From NCBI RefSeq assembly GCF_036321535.1, contig NC_087436.1, positions 99,760,001-99,824,000 on the forward strand: a stretch of DNA of 64,000 nucleotides, given 5' to 3'. The notes under the pieces were generated by a model. That model worked only from the letters and a program-made list of their open reading frames with translations, searched no databases and was not told the origin of the DNA. Position numbers and translations under genes: made by a program. This document shows positions 26,261 through 40,100 of the stretch, piece by piece. Within the stretch, counting starts at the first letter, position 1. The number at the start of each line of letters is the position of its first letter. This DNA is from Camelus dromedarius. Lineage: Eukaryota.

Positions 26261-27089
26261 GAGCATGCATGGTTTTAAAAGAGCATTTGGAATGAAAGGG
26301 TGATGAGATTGAATACTCTTAGAATATGTATTGAAATCACTTAGCAGCTATACATAATGCTCCATTATCTTTTTGTTGTTGTTGTTAGTGACTGGAAGCT
26401 GAAGTTCGATTTCCCTACAAATTAGGACAAAGAAAAATGTAAAGAAAAGCCCCACTTCTCTGGATTACAGGTGAGTGTTTTGTTTCTGTTTCTGTTCCAT
26501 TTTGAAGGAGTTAATAGTAAAAATGTAAGGGGACTATCTCGATTACCTGCGACATTCATATTTTTGTAAAATACATCAAATTCTAAGAATTTGAGGAGAC
26601 TTACAAAGAAAAACGATAAAAGCCATTGTGTATATTGTGAGGTCTTTTCAGGACTGAATGATGTAAACTATTTGTGTCATAAATAAGGAAATGATAAAGA
26701 TATGCTTCCCCCAAAATAAGTAATTTTGTTGCAGCATGTTGTTTGAACAAAAAACATAATTTTTTATTTTAAAATCTAGTTTGAAAATTTAGCCAACAGC
26801 TTAAATACAGAATAGCTAAATCTTCTGGTAAAAATCAAAATCATTTATCAAAGGAAAATGATGTTGAACAAAAAATGTGGGTGTACAACTTGGACTCCTC
26901 CTACTATGAAAATAATACAAAAGGAAGTTCAAATTTATCTGGCTGAACAACCTAAGATGCTGTTAATAAAAGCCATGTTATTCCAATTTTTAGTATGAAT
27001 TTTTGAGAGAGTAATTTTATTTACATTTCATAAGCCAATGGAATGCCACCATTTTGGGCATAGTACTCAGAAAATTTTTGAGTCATGTG

Positions 27090-27800
27090 CAAAGGTAACC
27101 CATTTTTAAAAGACAAAAATGACAGTATTAGGGATATGTGCCTTATGATGCTGTAAAGCAACGTGAATGAATGAATACACAGCCTACCCGTGAAATACTT
27201 TAGCTTCCAAAATTGGATCTAAATTCAAACAATGCTTTTCCCTTCCAGTTTAAAGAAAATATGGAGAAAATAAAAACAATAAATGCCATACCTCAAAAAA
27301 GTAATCAGTCAAATGCAGAATACCAGACATTTTAGGAAAACTGACCTCATTTTTTCAAAAGCTAATGCCTGTGTGGAAAAAAAAGATGGCAGAGGGGACA
27401 GGAATGTTCTAGATAAAAAGAGATACAAAAGATATAACAACCAAATGGAATGAGTGTGCTTTGCTTAGATTCTGATTTGAATGTAAGTTAACTAATTTTA
27501 TAATACAATTACAGAAAATTGGCTGGATGTTAGATGATATTCAAATATTTTTGTTAATTGTGTTAAGTATGATAATGGTATTGTGGTTATGAAAAACTCT
27601 ATTATTAGATGTGCATTGGAGTATTTGATGATGAGATAATATGATACCCTGGAACTGCTTTAAAACACTGCACTAAAATGGGGAGGATGAATGAAACAAG
27701 TATAATAGAATGTGTATCATCATTGATGGTGGGTGATGGGAACATGGCATATGTTGCTTTCTCTGCGTTTTGTACATTTGGATACTTTTTATTATGTAAA
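27090..27800 (+). mobile_element. L1MC-like 3' end
   Basis: 'ATAACAACCAAATGGAATGAGTGTG', 'GATAATGGTATTGTGGTTATG', 'GGGTGATGGGAACATGG'. Confidence 0.75.
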
Positions 27801-29533
27801 GCTCAAAGCCAGAGTAAACAGGCACAAATACTTATATTCTAACCAAAAAATGCAAAACTAATTATACTAAAGAATTAAAAGAAATATGAGCTCAAAGTGG
27901 GAGAGAATTGAAAAGAGACCCCTGAAGAAAAGATATTTCAACACAATTCTGAAAGATGTGATGTGCTTGGGTGTGGCTGTAGATACCTATATCTGTTGAT
28001 GGATGAAGGAAAACATCAATATAGAGTGGTGGTGGTGTTGTCTTCATTATGGCTTCTATGTTATCCAGCAAGTAAGAGGTAAAATAATTAAGTGTAAGGT
28101 GGTAGTCAAGGACACAACTGGAAATTTGAAGAAAGATAATACTTACAACTATGTTCATGAAAAAAAAAATAGAAGTGTCTTGTAGAAAAACATTGTTTCA
28201 TTGGTTTACAGATTTGCAAGTTAGAACTATAGCCAATGGTCCTGAAAATATAGTGTTGTTAACATAAATAGGCATGCGATTTTTTTTTTTTTTCATTGAA
28301 GTATTTAGGACGTGTGATAGAGCTGTGAAATGTCGGTGGTTAACTCAATCAGGAATGAGTTTTAGCCAGAGGGACATAATGGAAATTTAATTTGAAGGGG
28401 TAAGGACATTTAATATATTGGAAGGAAAGTTATAGAAATGATGCCCATAGAACCTAAACTTTGTGGGGAATAAAATGAAGATAGAAAGTGGCTGGTGAAT
28501 AAGAGAAATTCCAAGGATCATTGAACTGGAGACATTTATGAGGTCAAGACTTGGTATGTTTGAAGTTACAAAATAATCAAGTTGTGCAATGTGGTTTGAA
28601 ACTGACGTATCCAAATGGTTGTTTTATAGGTTTTGTACTTCTGGATAATGACAGATGGATTAAAATGTTGTGTTAACAAAAATATCTCTAGTTGCTTCTC
28701 GGTTAGGTATTAACTATCCATGGGACTATGTTACTAATTTAATTTCCTAACAAATGCATTGTCTTATATCTTACAAATCTTCACATTTCTTTAAAGTATT
28801 TTTACTGAAGCATTAATTATATGATCTCAATGTAGTAAAGAAAAAATACAAAGAGGTTTAAAGAAAAAATATATGAATGTTATATATAGGATATCCCAAG
28901 AGAAAATTGTGCTGATTAATTAGTTATATTTAATTTGAGTCCTTGTATGATGTTTTACAAGCATTTTAAATAAACAGAACTACTAATATGAAACAAAAGT
29001 ATTAGTATCTTTTATTTTCAGAAAATTATGAGATGTTGTTGAATGATCTTCAAAAATCTGATTGTTAAGAGCTATGTACTTTTCTGCAATGAATATTTTT
29101 GCCAAACATTTCTATTTCCTTAGCTGAAAGGTAGGGTTATAAGAATAAAACTGACTCTGGTTTCTTTTGGAAGAAGGAACATAAACATCTATATTAGACC
29201 TTCTGCTTTTTTATCTCATCCACAAGTAAAACCCTTAAAAGAAACTGATTATTTTGCTCATCACTGCATTTTAATTGCTTGAGAGGTAGGATATTGACAA
29301 GGATAAAATTTTCAAATATAAAATTATATGTAATGCTTAAATTAATAGCTTTAAAAATGCAGTCACTAAACTCATATCAAGACATGAAGACTGAGTTTAT
29401 CAAACAAAACATTCATTTTCTCCATAAGGAAAAATATTTCAGAAAGATTAAATCATTTGCATTTGGCCACAGCACTGGTCAGTTGATGAGAAACAACTAA
29501 CACTGAATTTCATGATGAATAGTGGAGGATATG

Positions 29534-30050
29534 TGTGGGAGGCAGAATAAAGTCTCCTCCAATGAGATCCACATTTTAATGCTTGGATCCTATGACTATG
29601 TTATGCAACATGGCCAACTGGGGTTGAGGAGAGGGGCAGAATTAAGTCTGAAGATGGAATTAAGTTTGCTGATCAACTCACTTTAAAATAGATTATCCTG
29701 GATTATTTGGGTGGGCTCAACGAATACATAAAATGTGGAAGAGGGAATAGGAGACAACCATAGAAAAGGCTGAAGAGGACTCAGCCCAACATTGTTGGCT
29801 TTGAAGATGGAAGAAGCCATGAGCCAAGGAAAGCGGGAATCCTCTAGAATTGTGAAGGCAAGGAAACATTTCCCCTAGAGCCTCAGAAATGACTACAACT
29901 ATTCAGACATTTTAATTTTTAGCCCAGTGGGATCTTCAGCTGTCAGACTTCTCAGCTACAAAACTCATTTACAAAAGATAATAAATACATGTTATTTAAA
30001 GCTCCTAAATTTATACTAATTTGTCACAGCAGCAGTAGAAATCAAATATG
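29534..30050 (+). mobile_element. MLT1D-like MaLR solo LTR
   Basis: Starts TGTGGGAGGCAGAATAA; 'GGCTTTGAAGATGGAAGAAGCCATGAGCCAAGGAA'; ends 'ACAGCAGCAGTAGAAATCAAATA'. Confidence 0.9.
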
Positions 30051-30379
30051 GTATCTTTCCATTATGATGTTAACAATTGCAGAATTTGAAATTTTTTAAA
30101 TCTCTAATAACTTTTTTGAAATAAAATTAAAGTTGGCAGTGATTTTCATATTCTTCAAAAACTGACAGGTGAAAATAATTACAATGTAAGAATTACTTTA
30201 TTACTAGCAGAATTGGTTTCTTTATCAACAGTGAAATAAGAAACATTTGAAAAATTTTTCTTTGAAGATGTTTTAAAAATTATATCTGCTTTCCCTTTCC
30301 GTAAATCATGTTTGGTTAGAAGAAAATATGTTAATTTTTACAATGAAAATTGGGAAAGAAATGGGAGATAATTAAATTG

Positions 30380-32080
30380 TCTGATCTTCTCATTGGGTGA
30401 GGGATATTATCCTTGATCAAGCAAATAAATTATCTAAAATACTGTTTTAAAAATATATACACAAAAATTATAACTGATGCAAAATAATTAGTGAAGAAAA
30501 CAAGGATGTGGTGGAAGAAGGAACATAAACATCAACATTAGGAAATAAAACTTTGTTTAAGTAGAAGATTTCAGGTATCAAATATAAGGTTACATAGTTA
30601 ATTACTAGAGCAAAATGTACTAACATAAAAACCTATCACACTCAAAGCAAAAATGCATAAATAATAAAAGGTATTTTAAAATACACACAGAAAGTAAAAT
30701 AAATATAGTATGATAGAATTAGTAGTCATTTTTTATAGCAATAAATACAGTGGGCAAAAAATATTTGCTACAATAATTCACTTGAATTAAAAGAACAATA
30801 TGTGACTATGATCTATTTAAGACACAGGTAAACAAAGTGAATATTATTGTTTGAAAATAAGATTAAAAATAAAATTATACTTGAAGATATAAAATAAAAA
30901 TAATGAAACTGGGTAATTATAATAATCAAAAAACTGAAAAAAGTAAACTAAAATTATCAGGTAATGCAGAAGATCACTTTAAAATGCCTGTTTGTAATTT
31001 TAGTGTTATTTACACCTATGAAACATATAATGTAGCATCAATTTTATAATTCTAAAACCATAGCAAAATGTAGTTTACTGAAATATATTCTGCACACAAT
31101 AAAGCCAGACAACCTCATTATCCTAGAAGAAAAGTTTTATTTTTAATATTTTTGTGTATTCATCTTGTTTTTGGGAAAAGGGATAGTTTTATTTAATCCA
31201 GGAATGCAAGGATAGTGCAATATTAGGAAATCTATCATGGTAATTTACCATGTTAATTTAAGAAAAAAATAATATTTCCAGTTTCAGAAAAGCTGAAAGT
31301 GCATTTATTAAAACATCATTTTCAAGAACTACATATGTATATATGGGATATTTTCTAACCAAAAAATAAAAAAAATCATTTTCAAAACCAGTACTGCCTC
31401 AGTTTGGGGAAAATAGAGTCTTTCCCATTAAATCAGCAAAGTGATGAGAATACTCATGTTGTTATTGTCATTTAACATTGTACGAAAGCTACTATCCAGT
31501 TGTTATTAAAAATGAGAAAGGAGTTACTGTTATGAAAATACTAATATGAAAACAAAATGCCATTTTTTGCCTATGTGGATTGGTACAACTTCATGAAAGT
31601 CAATTTGTTAATATCTATCAAAATTAGAATTACATTTATGCTTTGACTTTTTAATTTAGAAATTTCACTTTTCAAGTCAGAAATACTTGGTTAGGTATAT
31701 TTATGCCAGGTTACATCGTATAAAATTGATTGTAATAATAAATGACCAGGGATAAAACAAACCTAAATGTTCCTTGACGGTTGGCAGATTTAATAAAATA
31801 AAAAATAATGCAATGGAACAAAACTTATTCATGTAAAGGAATTGAAAGACAATATTTTTGTTAAAGGAAAAATTTCAATATGAGAAACAATGTGTACACA
31901 ATGGTAACATTTTCTTAAAAGAGTGAAGAAGGGAGATGTGTGTGTATCTGGAAACGTAACACAAAAACATTACTACATTTATTTACCCATGGAGTGATCT
32001 CAGTGGCTGAAAGACCAGTGTTAAAACAAATTTTGTATTAGAAACTATTTTAGTTTTTTAACTTGTAGTTGTCTGAACAA
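30380..32080 (+). mobile_element. Old L1ME-like fragments (ORF2 and 3' end debris)
   Basis: 'CCAGGAATGCAAGGATAGTGCAATATTAGGAAATCTATC' (IPGMQGWFNIRKS-like) and 'ACAAACCTAAATGTTC'. Confidence 0.7.
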
Positions 32081-32196
32081 TACAGCTAGTTAGTATATTC
32101 AGAATAACTGGGGCAATTCTTTAATCTAAACTTCTATGAATTTTATTTATATTATTTATGTAGTTACTTATTTGGATTTGATTTGATTTGATTTCC

Positions 32197-32700
32197 AATT
32201 TTTTTGAGATAAAATTGACATACAGTGCTGTATAAGTTTAAGGTCTACAGCATAATGATTTGACTTACATACATAATGAAATGATTACCACAACAAGTTT
32301 GAAAAAATCCATCATCTTATAGAGATACAAAACAAAAGAAAAAGAAAAAAATATCTTTTTCCTTGTGATGAGCACTCTTAGGATTTACTCTGTTAACAAC
32401 TTCCATATATAACATGCAGCAGTATTAACTGTATTAACCATGTTGTACATCATATCCCTAGTACTCATTTATCTTATAACTGGAAATTTGTACCTTTTGA
32501 CCACCTTCATCCAGTTCCCCCTCCCCCAGCCCCCTCACCTCTGGTGACTGAAATCTGATTTCTTCTTATGCGATTGTTTGGTTATTTATTTATTTTTTTG
32601 AAGTTGACTACAACATTGACCTACAACATTATAACATAGTGATTTGATATTCCTACACATTACAAAGTGATTACTACAGTAAGTCTAGTTACTCCCATAA
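32197..32700 (-). mobile_element. L1MA-like 3' UTR
   Basis: 'GAGATAAAATTGACATACAGTGCTGTATAAGTTTAAGGTCTACAGCAT...ATAACTGGAAATTTGTACCTTTTGACC'. Confidence 0.85.
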
Positions 32701-35700
32701 GTATAAAATGTATATAATACTTTAAGAGACGCTTGTATATCGAGTGTTAGTATGCTCTTCCAGCCTGAGTAAAAAGTACACTTGGTATACCCTGTGTAAG
32801 ATAACAGGCAAGAATTTCTTTTGTTGCCATTATCATTTAACATTTTACCAGCACTACTAGCAAATTTTTTGTAAGACAGAAGTTATATGGTAAACACTTA
32901 AAGAAGCACATGAAAACATTTATTTAACAACATAACAGCATTGATACAATTGAAGCATATATTTTTAAATATATTTAATTAGATGAATCCTGCAAGTTTG
33001 AATTAGTGTAAAGGCAGAGGGCCCATCACCACCAACAAGTGTATTGTTCTAGTCAGCATTATAACTTATTTTATCTTTGCCTTTTATAACTAGGTTATAC
33101 ACAGTTCTAGGATATTATTTCTTTGCTTATCCTAATTGAGCTAACATCTAAACTCATTTCAAAGTGTCAGATAAAACTCAATCACTTAATGTGAAAAGTT
33201 GGAAATAAACATATTTCTATCCTAGAGGAAATAATTGTTTTATAGGAAAAAGGTCCATAAACACTTTTGGAATTATGTGGGAATATTACCACAACAGGTC
33301 ATGGAAAATATGCTTTTTAAATTATATCACCACAAGATATTTACTACATATTACATCTACAAAGGAAAGTATATTTTACAGGTGCTAAATATAGCACCCT
33401 ATAGCTATAAAAGGGGGACATTTCAAATTATTCTGTTTGGAGATTAAGATGGTTACAATGATATTTCAAGCTATATTATTTATAAATATTTTATTTACAT
33501 TTCAGGTATAACCATACTATTTAATTTTTATTTGATGACTCTTAGATTTCATTAAAATCACTGAAGTGATTTCCATGAGTAGGTAGTCTTGTTTAGTTTT
33601 TCTAAGAAAAATCTTGAAGTGAATGAAGATCGTAATAAAATGCTAATTTTAATTGACAAAGGAAGTCAATATGATAGTTGTCGGAGATTACCAATATCCA
33701 CCCCTTGTTTTCGTTATTTGGTCAGTTTAGTATTTCCACATTTCACTTCTTACTTCTCTGCTGTTGCTATTAACTCCTATTTATCTTAAACCTCTTCATC
33801 TTCATTCATCACTTTTCATTGACACATGGAGTTAAGATGGATACTATATGTCAACGTTGTGACTTTTGGTTCTTTCTTCATGTCGGAGTGTATTGTTGAG
33901 ACCTGAGATAAAATAAAAGAGGGTTATTCAGATGGCAAAAAAAAGAATCATGTTTCTAAACTTTGAAATAGTTTGGTAGTAGATTTTAATATAAAAGTTT
34001 TGCTGATGACACAAAACACAGTGCTTTATTTGCACTATACATACGGTTGATGCAACCTCACTGAAACATATTGCTTTGTTTTAATTTTAATTATTTTACA
34101 CATAATGTGTAAAATCATTATGTATTTACAACACAAAAAGATCTGTTGGTCCTATGTTGATCTTTGTGGTCATGCTCACTCATCGATGCCAAAGCTTATC
34201 AATAATACCATCCTTGAGTTAAGAGAGCATGTGTTTTGCAAAAAAAGAAAATAAAAAAGAGAGAGAATTAAATTACCTTATCTTCAATACCAAAAGCATT
34301 TGTTAAGCAAATTAAAATTTTCAAAAGAGGTTTGTATTACATCCCAGCTGTCACATTTATAATCAAAATATTAGAACTGAGAGATTTTTAAAGGGTGTCA
34401 AATTACCCATCCAGAGCAATCCAACCTTTCCTGTAACAGCATTAATTAAAGGTATTAACCTAGAGATTATCTTACCTAAATTTCTGTCTGTTACATTGCA
34501 TCCAGAGAAATATAACTAAAATGATCTCTCTCTGGTGATACATGTTTTGGCCAATTTCTGTTATTTTGAGCAAGTCAATCTTGCGACCTAGACAGATTTC
34601 GTAAGATGTTTATGCTCAAGCCAAAGACAATTAACAATGACAATTTGAACCCCAACACCCCAGTTGTATCTCACGTGGTTTGGCACAGGACTCTGCCAAA
34701 TAGAGGAGAACCAATTAAGTTTTAGAAGGGCAGAGACAACATCTGGGCTGAATTGAAAACTTTAGTAATTTTAAGCCTTGCAAAAAGTTATAAATTAGTA
34801 ATTTGAAATGAAGATAACACTACATCAGAAAGTAAAATTTGAAGTAAAATATCCAAAACATACATGGACACATGCATTGATATTTAACTTGCACTTTTGC
34901 ATGAAAATGAGAGCTCTGTCAACAAAAACCTGATAACTGATTATATAGTATATATATAAAATAACATAAATCTATATAAAATATATTCTAAATCCTAGAT
35001 TTCAGTTGTGTGTGGCATAATTAAGGTTCCATTTAAGAAATACGTTACAGATGGAGGGGTTATAGAGATGGGACATTTTTTAAATCTTTGTTGCTGGCAC
35101 AAGACTACTTAGTTCCAGTCTTGCCCACAGCTGCCTAGTACTTGCCCAGGAAGCAGGTGCCTTTTTAAGACTATGTAGCTGACATCTATAATCAGGTTTG
35201 CTGATTGGTGGTGATTCATTATAATTTCTCACTTTGAAAGGAAATCAAACTGAAATCAACGAAGCAATGGCTGACAATTCTCCTCTAAAAGCTAGTCCTC
35301 GGAAATCTTTGTGATTGCTATTTCCTCACTTTCTAAAGCAGTGTGAGTTCTGTAATATTGCCAAAACCATCTAGAATAAACTCTAAACTATTTTAACATT
35401 AGAATGTCTGTTTTATACGTAAAATTTTCACTTTATGGCTATCAGCAAGCGTTTTGTCCCCGTTACCTACACATTTATACTGATTAAAAACACATTTATG
35501 AAATAATGATGAGACTATGTGTCCAAAGGATTGAAAACTGAAAAATATTGTACAAATATCAAAACTGATACTAAAACAAAAAACAAACCAAAAAAACCCA
35601 CACGTGGAACATGCTGGAGCGTGTATATTTTGACTGAAGAAGTACCAACAGGGCTGCGCCTTGATCTGTAAAATGTCCCATTCCTTTATCTGCTCAGTCA

Positions 35701-37819
35701 AAATAAATGCTCTTAGATTAATTCTTCCACATTTTTATAAGCCACATTTGCCTGTTTCCATCAGTTTCTCCGTGATAACATTCTTGAGGGAAGAGACTGT
35801 CCTGCTTGTATTCATATCCATACTCCATTTCTGACTGATGGTTGACCCTCAGTAAATGCCTTTCAAATGTTAAATAAATTATGATTTTCAAAAGACTTCT
35901 GTTCAACAGCTTTGAGGTTCTTTGTATGTTCATTTGCAATCAGTTATTTTATACTGGACTGACTTGCTTTGTGGGTAGAAATGAGCATCTAATAGTTTTT
36001 CAAAGTACAATTGGGAAAACTGTTAAAGAAAACGCACACACTGTTGGGTGCAAAAGAATCAACCAGGAGCTGCTTGGTGAACCGCATAAATCAATGACCA
36101 CCACAGGAAAAGTGGCAGGTGGGGACTGAGGACAGTGCATGTTCAGTGACATTCAGGTCCTGAAAATGCTTGGTAGTAGCTTAAGGTGTATTATGCTCTG
36201 CAGAACAATTAGTACTACCAAGGTTTTGTAAACCCATGTCCTTTTGATGAGAAAATGGCACTGCTGATCAAACTTCCTTAATGAGCAGGTGTTTGGTAGA
36301 CCTATTACATTTTCATTTTTTTTAACCCATCAAAGTGAATACTCCCACTGCTATTTTATATTAATAGTTCAACATGGGTACTGGTGCTGTTTTCAAACCT
36401 AAGAATATCAATAGATGCTACATCACTGATGTCTGTTCTCTGGGCATTGAACTGGTTTCCTCGACAGTTTCTTTAGGCCTGGTTTCCTCTACTTGGGCAC
36501 GTTTCTAGATCAACACATTTCTGTCTATGTATTCATCACTCATTCTGCCTCACTGACTTGTTCCTGCCCTCCAAGTTATGCAGCCAGTAGTCTGAGCTTA
36601 AGCCACAGAAGCAGAAACACATGGGCCAGCCATGTATTAATTCAGTCTAGTGTGGTACTGCCAATTTACCTGTCTTCACTTTGACCTTTGGTTCACAGCC
36701 ACGTTTTGGAGAAGTAGAACTTTAATCCTAGTGACTAGTGACTCAGTCTCCTAATGATAATGTAATGGAGTTTTAGAGTGAAAATTTCCTTCTTTGAAGG
36801 AAAATCTTTCTTAAGTTACTTATCCTTCTCTAATGATTTTGTTATTATATTTATTTTTCATTATTTTTATGCCTTATATTCTTATTTTTGGTATCTTCTT
36901 TTTCATTATATCACCTGTTAAGTTTCCTTCTCCTATGCTATTAGTCTCCTGAGATAAATTATTTCCAATTCTTAAAAGACCTGGCAACTCCAACCAGGGG
37001 GAATTTGGCCAAGGTCTATGTTAGTTTATTTCATTTAACTAGACTACAATTCTGACAACTGTAATTCTGTTGATATAATTAATTCAGTAAAACTATTTGA
37101 AATGAATAAATAGCAAACACACAAATAGCCAAACCATAAGACAATTACAGTACAAGATACAGTTGTCATTTAGAGCCATTATAGGAATGTAAGTTCCAAA
37201 TATGAACATTATTTTAAAACATCAAAAATATCATGTGCATTTTCTTAAACAAATATCTTCAGGAATTTTGTCTTGGGCTTTTATAAATATAGAACTAGTC
37301 CACCCAATATGAGGTAAGTGATTTCTCTTCATCGAGAGTGAGCAAAATGATCTGAAAGTGTAGTATTTTACTTTGATTTTCCCCTTCCAGGGAGAAAAAT
37401 AGTCTAAAATAACATAATAAAATTCTTTCAAATTATTCTTACCAAAATTTCTCTCAAAATAATGCTTCCCAGGAACTCAGAGGTCGTTTAAACTTTACTA
37501 TTAGCAGTCTTTGAGAGACTGCCTTTATCTTCCCTTTAATCTCTCTCCTTTTAAGATGTTATTCCTTCTTTGTGATTTTACCTTCCTAAGTTACCTTGAA
37601 TTGGTATGTGGTTGGCAATTTTTATACATAAGGGCAATAAGAGAGAAGTTAAAAATACAAAGAGCTGAGAAAAGATAGTGCAAGGAAATTTGGACACATT
37701 ATGTTGGCTTGAAACTTAAGACTATAGAGTAAAATATATTAGAGGCTTCTAGAGTAATTTTATAATCATAGTATTTCTACTCCCATGTTTAAACAGTTGT
37801 TCATTTTGCATGGTATCTG

Positions 37820-39160
37820 CTTTTTCCCCAACTTTATTGACCATGACATTATGTAAGTTTAAGGTGTACAAGTTGACGATTTGATATACTTATTTATTGT
37901 AAAATGATGAACATGGTAAGGTTAGGTAGCACATCCATCACCTCACATAATTAAAATTTATGTGTGTATGTGGTGAGAACATTAAAGACCTGTTCTCATA
38001 GCAATTTTCAAGCATATAATACAGTATTATTAACCATAGTCATAACACAGAATATTAGATACCCAGAATTTATTCATTTTATAATTGGAAGATTGTATCA
38101 TCTGACCTACATCTATTTCCCTCAATCACCAGCCACTGGCAACCAACTTTCTATTCTCTGTTTCTATATGTCTTTTTTTTTTAATTCCACATGTAAATGA
38201 AATTATACAGTATTTGCCTTTCTCTGACTGACTTTCACTTAGCTTAATGCCCTCAAGGCATCGTTACTCCAAATGGCAGGATTTCCTTATTTTTCAGGCT
38301 GAATGATGTTCCATTGTATGTATCTACTACATTATATCCATTTATTTGTTGATAGACCCTTAGGTTATTTTCATACCCTGGCTATTGTGAATAAAGCTGC
38401 AGTAAACATGGGGGTGCAGATAACTCTTTAAAATAGTGATTTTATTTCCTTCAGATATATACTCAGACATAGGATTTCTGGATTATATGGTAGCTCTAAT
38501 TTTAATTTTTTGAGGAAACTCCATACTGTTTTCCATAGTGATTCCAGTTTACATTCCCACCAACAGTGCACAAGGGTTCCCTTTTCTCCTCACTAACACT
38601 TGTTACTTGTCTTTTTGATGCTAGCCATTCTGACAGGTGTGAGATGATATCTCACTGTGGTTTTATGATTTGCATATCCATGATAATTAATGATGTTGAC
38701 TATCTTTTCATGTATTTGTGGGCCATTTGTATGTGTTTCTTTGAAAAAGTGTTGATTTAGTCCCTCTGACCATTTTTAATTGGATTTTTTTATTACTGAG
38801 CTTTATGAGTTTTTAGACATTTTTGATCTTATTCCTTTATCAGATACATGGTTTACAAATATTTCCTCCCATTCTGCAGGTTGCCTATTCATTCTGTTGA
38901 TTGTTTCTTTTGTTGTAGAGAAGCTTTTATAGTTTGATATAGTCGTACTTTTTTTAAATTTTTGCTTTGACTGTTTGTGCTTTTGGTGTCATATCCAAAA
39001 AACCATTGCCAAGACCAATGTCCAAGAGCTTTTTCACTATGTTTTCTTCTAGAAATGTTATGGTTTCAGGGCGCATTTAAGTCTTTAATTTAGCTCAAGT
39101 TAATTTTGTGAGTGGCATAAGATAGGGGTCCAATTTGATTCTTTTGCCTGTACATATACA
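37820..39160 (-). mobile_element. 5'-truncated L1 (L1MA/MB-like; ORF2 C-terminus plus 3' UTR)
   Basis: Continuous antisense L1 motifs; degenerate TSD GTATCTGCTTTT / GCATCCACTTTT. Confidence 0.92.
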
Positions 39161-39929
39161 GAGCATCCACTTTTACATCATGATAATACCTTAAAAAAAC
39201 TTCTTAAGCTCTGCATAGTGTTTTTTGAATATTTGAATTTGAGATAATATATGATTGTTCTTAATTTAATTCTTAGGTGTAATAAGATTGAGAAAATTAT
39301 ATTCACTGGGATTTCTATTTAATTTATTTTTGTATTGTTTTGTTTAATGAAAGAGTTTCACCTGAAGAACAAGTGTGGGAATTGTATTTCAGACATGAAG
39401 GAGTAGAATGAAAGAAAGAAAAAGAAAAGAGGGAAGGAGGCTGGGGACAGTGTATGGTGTTGAGTTGGTCAGTTGAGAAAACTGAAATGGTATGAGAACT
39501 GAACAGAATTTGGAGAATAGATATGAAGTTTTTTTTTTTTTAGTTACTTATATGTCAAGAGATGCTTCTATTACAAAAGTCATCTTTGCCCACTCGTGTA
39601 TTTGTTCAGTGGGTTCTTGGGAGTAAGAGCAAATTGAAGTAGACTTGATCTCTAATCCAAGGTACTGTAGTGTGAAAAAAAATCAGAATGTTCAACGTTG
39701 CAGGACCATGTGGACTACAAGAGGGTAATTTCATTTGTTCTTTGTTATTGTACTCTAATTCTCTTATAACTGTACATCGTCCTCTGTATTTGCGTGTTTA
39801 TTACCTTGTTATTTTTTCCCCATCAAAGGCAAAGGAAATGATCACGTTTGATGTCATTGCAATTTTTCATTCCAATTTTTAGCACTGTGAAAGAAACTAC
39901 TTTAACAATTATACAGAATTCATACTGTG

Positions 39930-40100
39930 CCTGTTTTTTTTAAGCAATTAACTGTTATTAACTCATTGCATATTCATAATAACTTCATGAGAGATATGCT
40001 TACCATTGACATTATTGTACAGATTAGGGCATAAAAATAGTGAGTGGTAGAGCCACAAATGAAACCCAAGCCAGTTTGGCTCTAAAAGATGTGATATTAT
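39930..40100 (-). mobile_element. MIR
   Basis: 'TAGTGAGTGGTAGAGCCACAAATGAAACCCAAGCCAGTTTGGCTCTAAA'. Confidence 0.7.
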
